A stretch of DNA of 64,000 nucleotides from the human T2T-CHM13v2.0 reference genome, Homo sapiens, in the NCBI RefSeq assembly GCF_009914755.1, contig NC_060934.1. One strand, given 5' to 3'. The translations under genes were made by a program, and so were the position numbers. Below the pieces are notes generated by a model. It was not told the DNA's origin and searched no databases. It worked only from the letters and a program-made list of their open reading frames with translations. Shown here one piece after another: positions 20,007-52,930 of this stretch; the first letter of the stretch is position 1, and the number at the start of each line of letters is the position of its first letter.

Positions 20007-21096
20007 TCAAAAAAACAAAAAACAAAACAAACAAACAAACAAAAAAAAAAAGGCCGGGCGCGGTGGCTCACGCCTTTAATCACAGCACTTTGGGAGGCCG
20101 AGGCGGGCGGATCACCTGAGGTTGGGAGTTCGAGACCAGCCTGACCAACATGGAGAAATCCCGTCTCTATCAAAAATATAAAATTAGCTGGGCGTGGTAG
20201 CGCAAGGCTGAGGCAGGAGAATCGCTTGAACCCCGGAGGCAGAGGTTGTGGTAAGCCGAGATCGGGCAACTGCACTCCAGACTGGGCGACAACAGCGAAA
20301 CTCCATCTCAAAATAAATAAATAAATAAATAAATAAATAAAATAAAATAAAAAACTTTCTGGAGAGGAAGAACTGCGGAGGGTCGGATGATCCAGTGACA
20401 TACATTTGGGTATGGCCCAAGTTTCTGCTTCCCCATTCGCCAGGGGCAGCACGCCTCAGCTTCTCCTTCTCCAGGGGACCAGGTTTCTCTCTACTTTTTC
20501 CTTCCCTATACCCTCCTGGGAACAGGTTCCTTTCCTGGGCTCTCGCCGAGTAACCCAAAGAAAACACAGTAGCTTCACTGATTCCGTGTGAAGAGTGGGT
20601 TAAAGCCTGTCAGAGCCTGGAGAGGGACAGGACTGGAGCCCTTCCGGGACACCTGAAGACTTCGCACAAACCCGCTTTCCTCTATCCCTGAGATTCTCAG
20701 AGGTGCCTTGCCCTACGCCCGCACCCCAGGACCAAGAACAGCAGGAGAGGAAGCTCTCGGGGCAGCTGGCGGGGTCAAAGGTCAGCACCTCGGAAGCCAG
20801 AAGGCCCCGCAGGGATGCGGGAGAGGGACGTGACCGGGACCGTGTGGTCCGAGGGACCGGCCGCTGGAAGAGCGAAGCCGTTTCTCTCTAGGCTCGGCCG
20901 CCCCCAGGCCCAGCCCTCCCCGGCATACGCAGCTTCAGCAGCCGTCCTCCCTCCCTCTCCCCTCGCGTCCTCGTCGTCCCCGCGGCCAGCGCAGGCCCCG
21001 CCCCCAGAACCGCCTCGGGGCCAAGGCCTAGTATGGCAGGACCCGCAGGGTTGGTCAGGTTCGAGGACCGGGCCGGGCCTGGCCGCCGCCGCTTAC

Positions 21097-21250
21097 CGAG
21101 CCCGCGGCTCCTCCTCTACCACCCGCGCCGTTCCCGGGCCCGCTCGCTCTCGACGCCACCGACGCTGCCGCTGCTCCGGGCTCACGGGCGCGCTCCCGAC
21201 CTCCCCGACCCTTCCCGTGTCCCCGCGCCCCGCCGGGTCCTAAAGCCCGG
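21097..21250 (-). other. ARMH3: ARMH3 non-coding exon 1 (5' boundary approximate)
   Basis: Minus-strand CTCG|GTAAGC donor at 21097/21096 inside the CpG island; the next exon has an acceptor and carries the ATG. Confidence 0.75.
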
Positions 21251-21272
21251 CGCGCAATGGGTTAGTCCACGC

Positions 21273-21350
21273 CCGCTTCCTGAGACCGGCTCAGACCACG
21301 ATTCCCAGCAAGCATCGCAAAGACTACAACTCCCGAAAGGCATCGCGAGA
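21273..21350 (+). promoter_or_regulatory. ETS-like site (CCGCTTCCTG), two tandem ZNF143/SBS-type motifs and a TCGCGAGA (BANP/ZBTB33-type) motif
   Basis: ACCACGATTCCCAGCAAGCATCGC (~21296) and ACTACAACTCCCGAAAGGCATCGC (~21323) resemble ACTACAnnTCCC; TCGCGAGA at 21343-21350. Confidence 0.7.
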
Positions 21351-21658
21351 AATAAATTCGCAGTGGACTTGTCTATTGAGGGCCTACTGGGTCGCAATAG
21401 CAGTTTTCCGAAACATGGCCGACTCTTTGACCTCAGCAATTTTACTTCTAGGAATACATGTATCCTCTAGAAATACTGGCGAAGTTTGGAAAGATATATT
21501 TTCCAAATGTGTATTACAACTTTGTACGTGAAAGATTGAAAACAAACTCATTCTTTCAACAAATACGTGTGTGCCTGATAAGTGCAAAGTAGCGTGTAAA
21601 GCTCTATTAACTTGGCCAGAAATCTATTTTCTTTTCTTTTCCTTTTTTTTTTTTTTGA

Positions 21659-24031
<2,373 letters not shown>

Positions 24032-25330
24032 TCAGCTAAAAGAACCCTGTTCTATACCTGATTTTTTGTTTTGAGATGGAGCCTCACTCTATTGCCCAAG
24101 CTGAAGCGCAATGGCACCATCTTGGCTCACTGCAACCTCCGCCTCCTAGGTTCAAGCAATTCTCCCTCAGCCTCCCAAGTAGCTGGCATTATAGGCATGT
24201 GCCACCACGCCCAGCTAGTTTTTGTATTTTTAGTAGAGGCGGGGTTTCTTCATGTTGGTCAGGCTAGTCTCGAACTCCTGACTTCAGGTGATCCACCCAT
24301 CTCGGCCTCCCAAAGTGCTGGGGTTACAGGCCCGGGCCACCATGCCCGGGCGTATCTGATTTCTTTTTAACAAAATTATTTTTCTGGCATGCTGCCGTGG
24401 CTCATGCCTGTAATCCCAGCTGTAATTACAGCAATTACATGCCTGTAATCTTTGGGAGGTCAAGGCAGGAGGACTGCTTGAGCTCAGGAGTTTGAGACCA
24501 GCTCGGGAAATATAATGAGATCTCATCTCTACTAAAAATTTAAAAAATTAGCTGAGTGCACCTATAGTCCCAGCTACTTGGGAGGCTGAGGTTGGAGGAT
24601 CGCTTGAGCCTGGGAGGTAGAGGCTAGAGTGAACCACTGCACTCCAGCCTGGGCAACTGAGTGAGACCCTGTCTCAAATAAAATAAAATAAAATAAACAA
24701 CACTTTTCCCCGTGGCACCTACTGAATATCCAATCCTGGGAGCAGTAAAAAGAAAAATAGCAATTCTGAGAGTATATTGTAACAAAGTGATAGGTACAGA
24801 GATAGAGATATACACAATTAAATGTTTTAAATCTCAATGAATACAAGCTGGAATACAAAGGCTGAAGTTGTAAATGCCTTGAAAATTCAGAGAAGGGAAA
24901 ATGTCATGTGAATCTCCAGAGGCTTTCTGAGAAAGGTGAAGATTGAGTCAAGCGTTAGAGGAGAGGAGAAAAAGAAAGAAGGTATGAGAATGAAGCAGCA
25001 CAATACATTGCCCACATCTATGCCAGGGAAGTCAATTTCATACAGATGCAGACTAGAATAAATATAGAAGGCCATATACTGAGTAGGTAAGAGCACTACC
25101 TCTGGAAAACTATGAGAAGGGATCCCAGATCTGCTACCCACTAACTCTAAGACTGAGCAATTACTTGAGCTCTCTGAGACTTAGTTTCCTCATCTAGAAA
25201 ATGGGGATAACAAAAACCCTATGTCATATTGTTTAGGTTATTCAGCATTGAATTCTTCCTCCTTTATTCTGGAAGATTCCTCCTTGGGCATAGTCTCAAT
25301 GGAAAACTATGCCCTGGGCAACCAAGATAA

Positions 25331-25604
<274 letters not shown>

Positions 25605-25741
25605 TAGCCAGGATGGTCTCAATCTCCTGACCTCGTGATCCACCTGCCTCGGCCTCCCAAAGTGCTGGGATTACAGGTATGAGCCAATGCACCTGGCACT
25701 TAGTTCTTCATCAAGAGATGTGGGCTGGGTGCGGTGGCTCA

Positions 25742-26108
<367 letters not shown>

Positions 26109-26184
26109 TCAGGAGTTCGAGGCCAGCCTGGCCAACATGGGGAAACCCTCTCTCTACTAAAAAAATATACATATACAAAAATTA

Positions 26185-27224
<1,040 letters not shown>

Positions 27225-27404
27225 AAGGTATGATCAGAATTTATTCATAACAGGTGCTGTCTTCCAGTGCAGTGATCAGCTTGTATAGCACCAGAGATCA
27301 TGGTATCTTTAACAAATTGTTCCGGCTAAAAAAACAGTTGTGGCCAGGCACAGTGGCTCATACCTGTAATCCCAGCACTTTGGGAGGCCGAGGCAGGTGG
27401 ATCA

Positions 27405-27657
<253 letters not shown>

Positions 27658-28574
27658 TTAGTATTTGGTGGGTGTGGGTGTCTTGGTTCATGACCATTTG
27701 CCACACCTGTTCTTCCTTTCTCCTGAAGATTCTGTGAGTCCCCTATGTTCTTCTAAATAACTTCATTTTTGCTTAAGACAGCCATGGTCTGTTTCTGTAA
27801 TTTTTTTTTTTAAAGAGACAGGATGCTTGCCATGTTGCCCAGGCTGTAGTGCAGTGGCTATTCACAGGCACAATCATTGCACACCACAGACTCCAACTCC
27901 TGGCCTCAAGTAATCCTCTTGCCTCAGCCTCCTGAGTAGCTGGAACTGCATGCGTGAACCACCGTGCCTGGCCTACTTCTGTAATTTTTAAGGAAAAGTT
28001 TTCTAAGTGATATCACACACACAAACATGTGCCCATGAAAACGTAATGATTCCTTCACCAAACATCTGTGGAGACTTTGTGTCAGGCTCTACTCTAAATA
28101 TGAGGATAGGATACAAAAACAAAAGAAATCTATGTCAACTAAGAGCAACTGAAGGAGGAGCAGTTTGGGGCAGGAAGATGATGTTTAGGACATGTTGAGA
28201 ATGAAATGTCTGTGAGATGAGACATCTTAGGCAGAAATAAATATTTAGTAGACATTTGGATGCTCTTTTTTTGTGTGGAGCTTAGCAGAGACGTCTGAGC
28301 TGTAGGCAAAAGAAAAAAATAAAGGGGCTCAAAGTGGAATCAGGATATAGGAGGAAGAGCACATTTAAAGGATGATGGAGGGGCCGGGTACAGTGGCTCA
28401 CACCTGTAATTCTAACATTTTGAGAGGCTAAGGCGGGCAGATCACTTGAGGCCTGGAGTTCGAGACCAGCCTGGCCAACCAACATAGCAAAACCCGACCT
28501 CTACTAAAAATATAAAAAGTAGCTGGGCATGGTGGTGCACTTCTGAAATCCCAGCTACTAGGGAGGGAGGCTTA

Positions 28575-28703
<129 letters not shown>

Positions 28704-29743
28704 TCATGCCTGTAATCCCAGCACTTTGGGAGGCCAAGGCATGTGGATCACGAGGTCAAGAGATCAAGACCATCCCGGCCAGCAAGGTGAAACCCTGTCT
28801 CTACTGAAAATACAAAAATTAGGTGGGCGTGGTGGTGGGTGCCTCTAATCCCAGCTACTCGGGAGGCTGGGCAGGAGAATCGCTTGAACCCAGGAGGCAG
28901 AGGTTGCACTGAGCCAAGATGGTGCCACTTCACTCAAACGTGGGCGACAGAGTGAGACTCTATCTCAATCAATCAATCAATAAAGGATGGAGGAAGATGA
29001 ACCAAAGGCAAATAAAACTCTGAAGGCAGTGCTATCTAAAAATAAAAATAAAAAAATAAAATAAAATAAAAGGAAAGGAAAACCAGCCAGGAAAGATGCA
29101 GTGCAAACCACAGGAGGGACTTTCAATGAGAAGGCTGTCAAATAAAAATGTCCTTGAAGACCTCAGCAAAAGCTACTTCAGGGAAGTAGTGGGTTGAGGA
29201 TAGAAGGAAAGAAAGTGGAGGTGGCAAATGTAGCATCCTTGCAAGAAAATTGACTGAGAAAGGAAAAGGGGAGGGAGTGATGGAGGTGGAAGTGGGGAGA
29301 TGAGGATGAAAGAACGAATTCCAAGACAGGAGAGATGACAGGGTATTTCTATGCTGAGGACGGAATGAGGGCAGTGAAACAGAAATGGATGCAAGTTCTC
29401 AAGGAAGGTAGGGGCCGGGGAGGAGAGGCAGGGCTCATAAAGAGGGATTGGCCTTGGAGAGAGGAGGAAAACTGCTCACCTGAAAAGGCAGTCAAGGGGT
29501 GGAAGGACCCCTGCATACAAATTTGTAGGTGTTACTGAAGAGTCGGTACACAGGCTCAGTGCTTCTAAATTATGTTTCTCTGTTTTGGTTTGGGTGATGA
29601 GTTGTTGATATGATAAAGTGATTTGTTGCACTGACTCTGGAGCCAGAGTGCCTGTGGTTGAAATCCCACCTCCACCACTTAATACCTGCTTGATCTTAGT
29701 TAAGTTACGTAATCTCTCTGTGCTTCATCCTCCTTATCTGTAA

Positions 29744-30031
<288 letters not shown>

Positions 30032-30139
30032 TAGGGCTGTCTACTCAGAGCCTGGCACAAAGCATGTGCTCAACGAAAATTTCCTGAATGAGTAAATTGG
30101 GGTGAAATTCTTGGGAGAGGGGCTCAGGGGGCTGGAATC

Positions 30140-32814
<2,675 letters not shown>

Positions 32815-34943
32815 CTACCCTTCAGGCATCAGAACACTCAGGGCCTGGAGGCTTGCTTGGGACTGGAGGCTTGCTTGGACAGTTCCTCTGTGTCACTGAC
32901 ACAGGAAATCATTTCTAGGACACAGTGATCAGGGAAGGGTGCCTGGGACTTGGAGGGTCCCATGTATGGACCTGTGTATGCAATACTGTTCTGTCATCTG
33001 GAGCTATTTTTAAGATGTGTGTGTTAAATATATACATAGTTTAATATATACACAGTTGTGTGTTTTTAAACAGGTACAGGTCTCAGAGGATGCAGGTTAT
33101 AGAGGGAGTGGTTGGATCTGGATCTTTTGGCTAAAGTCCCCACTTCCAATCATGAAAATAGTTAACATTTATGAGCATTTAATAGAAGCCAGGCATTCTA
33201 CTCATCTTTATATAATCCCTCAGCTAGCTTCTCATAACCCCAGTGGGGAAAGTACTGATGTTATTCCCATTTTACAGGAAATAGAAGTTTAGAAAAATTA
33301 AATGACTTGACCAAGTTCATTTGGCTAGAAAGTAGCACCTCAAAGATTGGAGCCACCTCACTGAACAGCCCAGTAGCTCCCACCTGCTTGGGCTTGGATG
33401 TACTCCCCATCCCTGGCTCCATGCCAGCTTCCCTGGCCTGCTAAGAGGAGGAGGACTACAGAGCTCCACCCTTCCTTTCCCCAGGACTCCTCTGCTCCGG
33501 AGTAGGAACTTTACTGGGCCCTGGGTCCTTGCCTGTCTCCACCAGGATTTCTGAAGCAGCTTCTAGTTTAGGGGAAGATTTGCCACAGACAGGAGAGCTG
33601 CCTGCAGAGCTCTCTGGCTCAGTAACAAAATTCACTGGGAGCAGAGCTATCTGGAGAGCCCCATATTCCTGCTGACTCTCCCAAGTCAAGAAATAAGAGC
33701 GTCTGCAACACAGATCTCTGCTTGTCTGGATGTATTCAACAGGCTCAACTCTGAAGAGGCCTTTGCCCCATGCTCACTTCTACCCAAGTAACCCCTCAGC
33801 CTAGCGTAGGATAGACCCCTGGTTCTAGCTTAGGTTAGGACCCTGGATGCAGCTACTCAGCATCATCCGCAGTCCCAGATACCCCTTGTCCAGGGTTGGG
33901 GCCAAGGTTAGGGCTGCTGCTCAGCTTTGTCCTCAGCTGGGACCTGCAGCTTAGATTCTGGTAGCCTTAACCTGGGCTTAAGGTGGACTCAGGCTAGGAC
34001 TAGTGAGACTAGGGACAGTTCCTGTCTCTCAGGGGAGAGAAGTAGCTTACTTAGTCTTATCTGTGGCTGGTGTTAACTCTTCAGCCTCATAGAGGTCCTG
34101 AGGTGGCTCATCTACATGGCCAAGTCCTGAGGTACCATCTTGGCCTCCTCCAGAACTTGGATGGCCCTTGTCCTGGCCCTCAAGCCAGGCTGCCTACCAA
34201 TACCTGGAGTCAAGCTACTGTTCTTGCCAGAGGCCCAGGGGTAGGGACAGTTCCAGTCTTGGCCTCCACCTCAGCCCCTTCCTGGTCTGGAAGGAGTTCC
34301 TCTTCTTGGTCTTGAAACTGGGCTCATCATGGCTCCTCAATGGGAGGCTGCTTCCTGTTCATGATCCTGCTTAATCATTGTTGCTTCTCAAATCTCCCAA
34401 GCCTGAGATTTGGCTTGGTCCTCCTGTGCCCAGGAGAGAAGGAATTCTACTCAGTGGGCCCCTGGGGCATGGGTAAGAGAAGGAAGCCAGGTTTTTCATT
34501 AAGGTTGTATGGCTTAAGGAAGTTCCCTGGGACCACCCACTAGTAGGGCCTCCAGATGAAGGCCACCCAGCCCAGCAGCTCTGAGCAGAGCAGGTGGGCT
34601 TAGATGGTGACTTTTACCTGCTTTTACAGGCTCAGTGCTTGATCACACTAGCCTTATCCTTCCTTTCAATGTGGAGGGTGCAAGTGATCCCAGCTGCATC
34701 TCAGGACTTTGGAAGACAGCTCAGGGATGCAGGACTTTGGAAACAGCACAGGGATCACCGTGTGACTGAGTTTTAATGGAGTTCCTGAGAGGGTTATCAG
34801 ACAGAGGTCTCTGAATAGGAGGGTGGAGATCTTAAGCCAAAGTCCTTGGCCTTGAGTACCTGAGAAAGGGGTAAGTTCTGGCATTGATGGGTTTCTTATT
34901 TATTTATTTATTTATTTAATTTAATTCTATTTTTTTTTTTTGA

Positions 34944-35045
<102 letters not shown>

Positions 35046-36070
35046 TGAGTAGCTGGGATTACAGGCATGCACCACCACACCCAGCTAATTTTGTATTTTT
35101 GGTAGAGATGGGGTTTCTCCATGTTGGTCAGGCTGCTCTCGAACTCCTGACCTCAGGTGATCCGTCCACCTTGGCCTCCCAAAGTGCTGGGATTACAGGC
35201 ATGAGCCACCATGCCCAGCTTTTTGCTTCTGTTTTTAAGAGACAGGATCTTGCTATGTTGCCCAGCCTGGAGTGCAATGGCTTATGGGCTCAAGCCATCC
35301 TCCTGCCTCAGCCTCCTAAGTAGCTGGAACTACAGACACAGGCCACTATGCCTGGCTTGGTTGCCTTTTTTCTTTTCTTTTTTTTGAGACAATTTCTTGC
35401 TATGTTGCCCAGGCTGGACTTGAACCCCTGGACTCGAGCACTCCTCCTACCTCAGCCTCTCAAGTAGCTGGGATTTTAGGAACATGCCACCGCACCCAGC
35501 TGCTGAAGGTTTTGAGTGGTGAACAAGGTCTCAGATCCAAGGTCCACAGGCAGGACTGGAGTAGGGGGGTCTGAAGTCCCTGGGAAGGTGAGGGGAGGAT
35601 CCTAAGCCAGTGGGCAGGAGCATTTCCATAGGTGTGCCTCACCTCAGGAGCTCTCTCAGGTTCACATGGCAGTAAAGCTAGGCACAAGGAGTACTGCACA
35701 GTAGTCCCAGCAAGCATCCTGGGTGAAGGCGAGGAAGCAGGGCGCAAGGCTCCTTCAACTGCCTATGTGGCCTCAGGGACCCAAGCCTCCCTTTTTCTTT
35801 CTTTTTTTAATTTTTTTTTTTTTTTTTTTTTTTTGAGACAGAGTCTCGCTCTGTCTCCCAGGCTGGAGTGCAGTGGCGCTATCTCACCTCACTGCAAGCT
35901 CCGCCTCCCAGGTTCACACCATTCTCCTACCTCAGCCTCCTGAGTAGCTAGGACCACAGGTGCCTGCCATCACTCTGGCTTTTTATTTTATTTTATTTTA
36001 TTTTGTATTTTTAGTAGAGATGGGGTTTCACATTGTTAGCCAGGGTGGTCTGGATCTCCTGACCTCGTGA

Positions 36071-36488
<418 letters not shown>

Positions 36489-36770
36489 TTACCGAGAGTA
36501 TTGTATACTACAGCAAATCTGATCAAGTTCATCACCTACCCCAACATTCAGGGTAAAGGCCAAACTCCTAAGAAAGCCATCCCTTCCTTTGTGTCTGGCC
36601 CTGCCTCTCCAGTCTTCTCTTCCAGTCTTCTCTTTTTTTATACTGTGATTGCCTAGTTATTTGTTCATTTCCCTGATTAGTATACAAGTCCCTTGAAGAC
36701 ACAGACCATGGTTATTTGTATTTTGGTATCCTCAGCATGTATCACAGTGCCAGGTTCATAGTAGGTTTAA

Positions 36771-37103
<333 letters not shown>

Positions 37104-37640
37104 TGACAAGGCCCTATGACCTGGGGTGAAAAGAAGGGATTAAGCTCTGGCCTGTAGAGATTCTCTGGCTCTCTTCCTTTCTTTTCATAAGCCAGACTGA
37201 CTCTTTGGTTGATCCAGCCCTGAAATTGATGGCAGTAAGTCAGGTGGATCTGAAGGCAGAACCTAGCCACCAAGGACAGTGGCAGGGGTGAAGAAGCCAC
37301 TGAGCTCGGACCATCTTGGGAGTTGAGGTGGAGGTGAAAGCAATGGACATAACTGGTACTACCCAGTGCCCCCGATCCCCAAACCAGGAGAGTTTGAGAA
37401 GGGATAGGAAAGCCTGAGTCAATGAGGTTCCAAGGAAGAGACTGGTGACAGGGGCTAGTGGAAATTGTGGGTTGAGGTCAAAGGTCTGGAAGATCGATCC
37501 CTACGTTGAATATGGCCATCCAGGCTGGGCACTGTGGCTCACGCCTATAATCCCAGCACTTTGGGAGGCTGAGGCAGGCAAATAGATTGAGCCCAGGAGT
37601 TCAAAACCAGCCTGGGCAACATGGCAAAATCCTGTCTCTA

Positions 37641-37763
<123 letters not shown>

Positions 37764-38747
37764 CTACTGCACTCCAGTAATAGAGTGAGACCCTGTCTAA
37801 ATAAATAAATAAATAAATAAATAATAAGGCCCTCCAGGGGCCATGTTCTTCCTAACCTGTCCTTAGGAAGTGTTCACATTGTGTAGATGTAGCAGTTTGG
37901 TTCACACTGACCCGGGTAATCAGGAAAAGAGGAGAGCCAGAAAGGGGGGAGGAAGGAGCTCTAGATTCCCAGGTCTATAAGGAGCCACCCTGGGCTGGAA
38001 TGCTTGGCAGCCTTACTGCCCCAGAATGAAGGGGAAAAAGTCCTGAGTGGCTCCACTATGCCACCTCAGTCTCTTCTTAGGCACAGGCTCCCCCTGGTGG
38101 TTACTCTTGTCACTGCCAACTCCACCCATTGCCCTCAAACATGCACACTTGCCCATTTTTAACTAAGAACTGAGGAAGCCTCTGGATGTAGTAAATGGAG
38201 CTTCTCTTAGAGCAAGAGAGGAGAAGAGGGAAGGAGAGATTCAAGGAACAGAATTATGGAGAAGGGAAAGGGCCCTGGACTTGTACTAGGATGGTTATCA
38301 CCCAGAAGAAAGGGGACCTGGGCTGGCAGGATTCTTCGTCTCCAGGATTGGAAGTCTATTCCAGCTACCAACCTGACTTAGATAATTTGGTCCAACTGGG
38401 GAGGAAGTTGAGGGCACACAGCAGAGTTTCCTGGGAGGGCATAGCAAGTTCACATTTTATATGAATTTGAAGTACAGGAAGATGCTGGGACTTTTTCAAA
38501 ATAAATAAAGTCTCACTTAATGCACGAAATGTGAAATAGAGGTGAGCCCCCCCAATAAAAATATTTTCCAGAATCACAATTTCAGGGCTCACAGACCATG
38601 AGAATTATAAGCTTTGCTTACACTATTACTGCATGGGTTCCCATTTCTGCTTTAAATAAAAATTCAGGTGGGGAGAGAGAATGAATCGGGCTGTGAGGTC
38701 AGGACTGAGTGCCTAGGGTCACTCCCAGTGGTGGATAGAAGACTTAG

Positions 38748-38887
38748 AGTGCTTTCTCCTGTAATTCCCAAACAGAGGGCCTGGGCCTGGCTCTGAAGGT
38801 CTCTGCACAAGAGCAAGACAGGACAGGAGCAAGAACAAAGGCGAGGAGAGACAGAATCAGAGAGATGAGGAAGAAGATGGGGCTGGA
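38748..38887 (-). pseudogene. Prominin-like TM5 exon IFFLISLILSLLAFVLAPVLSCSCAETFRAR
   Basis: Hydrophobic helix gapless to the prominin TM5 pattern NxFWFSLGWCxxFFIPSIILSxKLAKYYRRM (F, SL, F, LS, A, F/Y-R in register); phase-0 start, phase-2 end before CTAAGT (decayed GTAAGT). Confidence 0.6.
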
Positions 38888-39034
38888 CTGGATGCAGAGA
38901 ATGAAAAGGAGAGACAACAGATGGGCATGGGGAGAGGGGCCTAGGAGGGAGAAACAGGGACATTTGCTCACTCTGGGGAGCAGAGGAGGCTCTCAGGTAT
39001 GAATGCTGGGAGGATGAAGGAAGGCACAGAGAGA

Positions 39035-40740
<1,706 letters not shown>

Positions 40741-40780
40741 AGCTGGGAATGGGCTCTTGATCCCATGTTTCTCACTCTGT

Positions 40781-40849
40781 TAGCCTGTTCATCATCCCCT
40801 TAATATCAGCAGTCAGACCCACAAGGGGTAGAGACCTCAGTGCTTGGCA
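40781..40849 (-). pseudogene. Prominin-like exon CQALRSLPLVGLTADIKGMMNRL
   Basis: Follows a pyrimidine tract (acceptor G lost); LPLVGLTADIKGMMNRL is gapless to PROM1 VNLLSFAYDLEAKANSL (72-nt exon). Confidence 0.6.
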
Positions 40850-41559
40850 TGAGGGAACACCAGAAGAGAACTTGAGGTCCATCCATTTTTCTCTTCTGAA
40901 TAGTGTTTTGGAATCTAAGCTCCAAGGGGTCAAGGAGGCAGGGGACAGCTGAGGAGTCATCAATAAAACAAAAGGTCTGGGAGCAGTGTAATCCTAGCTA
41001 CCAAGAGGCTAAGGCAGGAGGATCACTTGAGCCCAGGAGTTTGAGGCTGCAGAGAGCTATGATCTTGCTACTCAGCCTGAGTGATAGAGCAAGACCTCAT
41101 CTATTAAAAAAAAAAAGGCTGGCCGGGAGTGGTGGCTCATGCCTGTAATCCCAGCACTTTGAGAGGCCGAGGCGGGGGGATCACAAGGTCAGGAGATCGA
41201 CACCATCCTGGCCAACACGGTGAAACCCCATCTCTACTAAAAATACAAAAATTAGCTGGGCGTGGTGGCATGTGCCTGTAATCCCAACTACTTGGGAGGC
41301 TGAGGTAGGAGAATCGCTTGAACCTGGAATGAGAGGTTGCAGTGACCAGAGACTATACAACTGCACTCCAGCATGGGCAACAGAATGAGACTCCATCTCA
41401 AAAAATAAAATAAAAATAAAAATAAAAAAAGAAAAGAAAAAGAAAACAAAAGAGCAGCAGATCTCAGTCAGTTGCAAGTCTGCCCTGTGCCTCCCAGCTC
41501 TGTCGCCCAGCTTCAGTTGCCCATCATACCCTGTCAAGCCCTGGTCACCCCTTTTCTTT

Positions 41560-43910
<2,351 letters not shown>

Positions 43911-44003
43911 GCTTGAATTGACAGAAGGATCTTCCTAGGGGTTTAACCCTGATGGCTTCCCCACCCATATTGGGACACCTCCCATCCTAGAGAACAGTCC
44001 CAT

Positions 44004-44631
<628 letters not shown>

Positions 44632-44766
44632 CTGAGGACCAGGCTGCGAATCAAGGTCTTCCTTGTCATACAAGGGCTTCTTAAAGTAGGAGCAGATTTC
44701 ACCTCTAAGACTAGAGGACTCTCCAAGAGTGGGGTTAGGTCTCTCCCATCAAACTGGAGGCTCCTT

Positions 44767-45852
<1,086 letters not shown>

Positions 45853-46058
45853 CATCTACTGTACAAGAGTGAGGTCTCCCTCATAACTGCAGCTCCCTAA
45901 GGAGGGATGGATATTATATCTTGGGTAAAGGCTGTCTTTTGTGGGTCAGACTCAGGATGCCAGGGAAAGGCTGAGAGTCTCAGGAGAGGCTTCACCAGGC
46001 TCAGACTGAGGTTGAGCTTTAGGCTGTGAATTTGCAGTTCCTGGCCGAGCTCCCTTAC

Positions 46059-46184
46059 TTGCCCAGGGTAGCCTGGATGTTGCTGCCCTGTGTCTGAAGC
46101 TCTTGGTCCAGCTGGTCCCTCTCCATAGTGAGCTGAAGGGCAAGGTCCCTGATGCTCTGCAGAACCTTTTCAAAGCTTTGGTTG
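46059..46184 (-). pseudogene. Prominin-like helical exon NQSFEKVLQSIRDLALQLTMERDQLDQELQTQGSNIQATLGK
   Basis: CTCCTTTCCTAG acceptor, GTAAGG donor; gapless to PROM1 [43 protein letters not shown] (L9, L19, Q25-L26, L30, L41). Confidence 0.75.
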
Positions 46185-46616
46185 CTAGGAAAGGAGTCAA
46201 GAACAATAAATGGAATATAGATCCTGGCATTGACAGTGGAAAGATGACTTGGCTTTGACCCCAGCCCAAGGAGGCACTGCTCTGCCAGGCCAAGCTGGAG
46301 CCACAATCCTGGAGACTCTTTGGATAACTTCCATCCTCCCCACTAACACACTGAAGAGCATTTCATACCTCAAAGCACCTCCCTGTCAGTCACTTCATCT
46401 GATCCTCCTATCCCTGAAGCCCACAGGGCAGGGGTTATGATGCTCAGATTACAGATGAGAAAACTAAGCTACAAACAGCACACTGGCTCCTTGGCTAGCA
46501 GATGAGAGAGCTGGGACTAGAAAGAAGATGGGTCTGCAGGCTTAAGGCCAGAACCTTTCCCCATGGACTCCTCTCAGCTGCAGAGTAGGACCCCAGCCAT
46601 GGCTGGACTGCCATAG

Positions 46617-46967
<351 letters not shown>

Positions 46968-47240
46968 TGACCAAAGGACCGAGAGCTTTACAAGTTAGAA
47001 AGCAAAGGAGGTGTATGTAAAATTATATCCTTCCATTTTATGACTGTCTTTGCTTCTTGAAGGAAGCTCAGCTGCCCACTCAGGCCTGGGGCATTTCTGC
47101 ATGCTGCTGACCTGTTTGGATTGCATTCTGAACTGTTAGTAGTGTACCTAGAGGCTCACTGGATAAGAATTCATGAGAATTTAATCCCTCCTTCACCACC
47201 TATTGGCTGTGTAACCTTAGGTAATTTTCTTAACCTCTCT

Positions 47241-48355
<1,115 letters not shown>

Positions 48356-48562
48356 CCTGAGCTTCAATTTCCTCAGCCACAAAAAATGAAAGATAAGAAT
48401 AGTATTTTACAGGACAGTCTTAAGGATTAAAAGAGAGAATAAATGTGGAGAAAATTATTTGTAAGCTTATAAGTTCTTTACATATCAGTTGGAGACACTA
48501 ATAGGATTTTTAGGGGTTGCTAAAATCAGTCTCTTTATTTTTATTTTAGTTAGTTATTTTAG

Positions 48563-48778
<216 letters not shown>

Positions 48779-48839
48779 TGATCCTTCCACCTCAGCCTCC
48801 CAAAGTGCTGGGATTATAGGCATGGGTGACCACACGCGG

Positions 48840-48871
<32 letters not shown>

Positions 48872-48889
48872 GTGGGGGTGGGGTGTCTT

Positions 48890-51338
<2,449 letters not shown>

Positions 51339-51431
51339 CTACCCTGCACACCCAGGAAGGAGGACATATGAGCAGTTACCCAGATGTCTAACTGAAGCCC
51401 AAGGCAACATTCCCCACTGCGCCGCTCCCAG

Positions 51432-52930
<1,499 letters not shown>

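Larger units (their letters stand above)
20700..21400 (-). promoter_or_regulatory. ARMH3: ARMH3 CpG-island promoter
   Basis: High GC and CpG density around a strong minus-strand donor site; promoter motifs at 21270-21350. Confidence 0.85.

Noticed and set aside
20815-21470. 142-145 aa ORFs across the ARMH3 CpG island
   Set aside because: Low-complexity GC-driven frames with no family resemblance.
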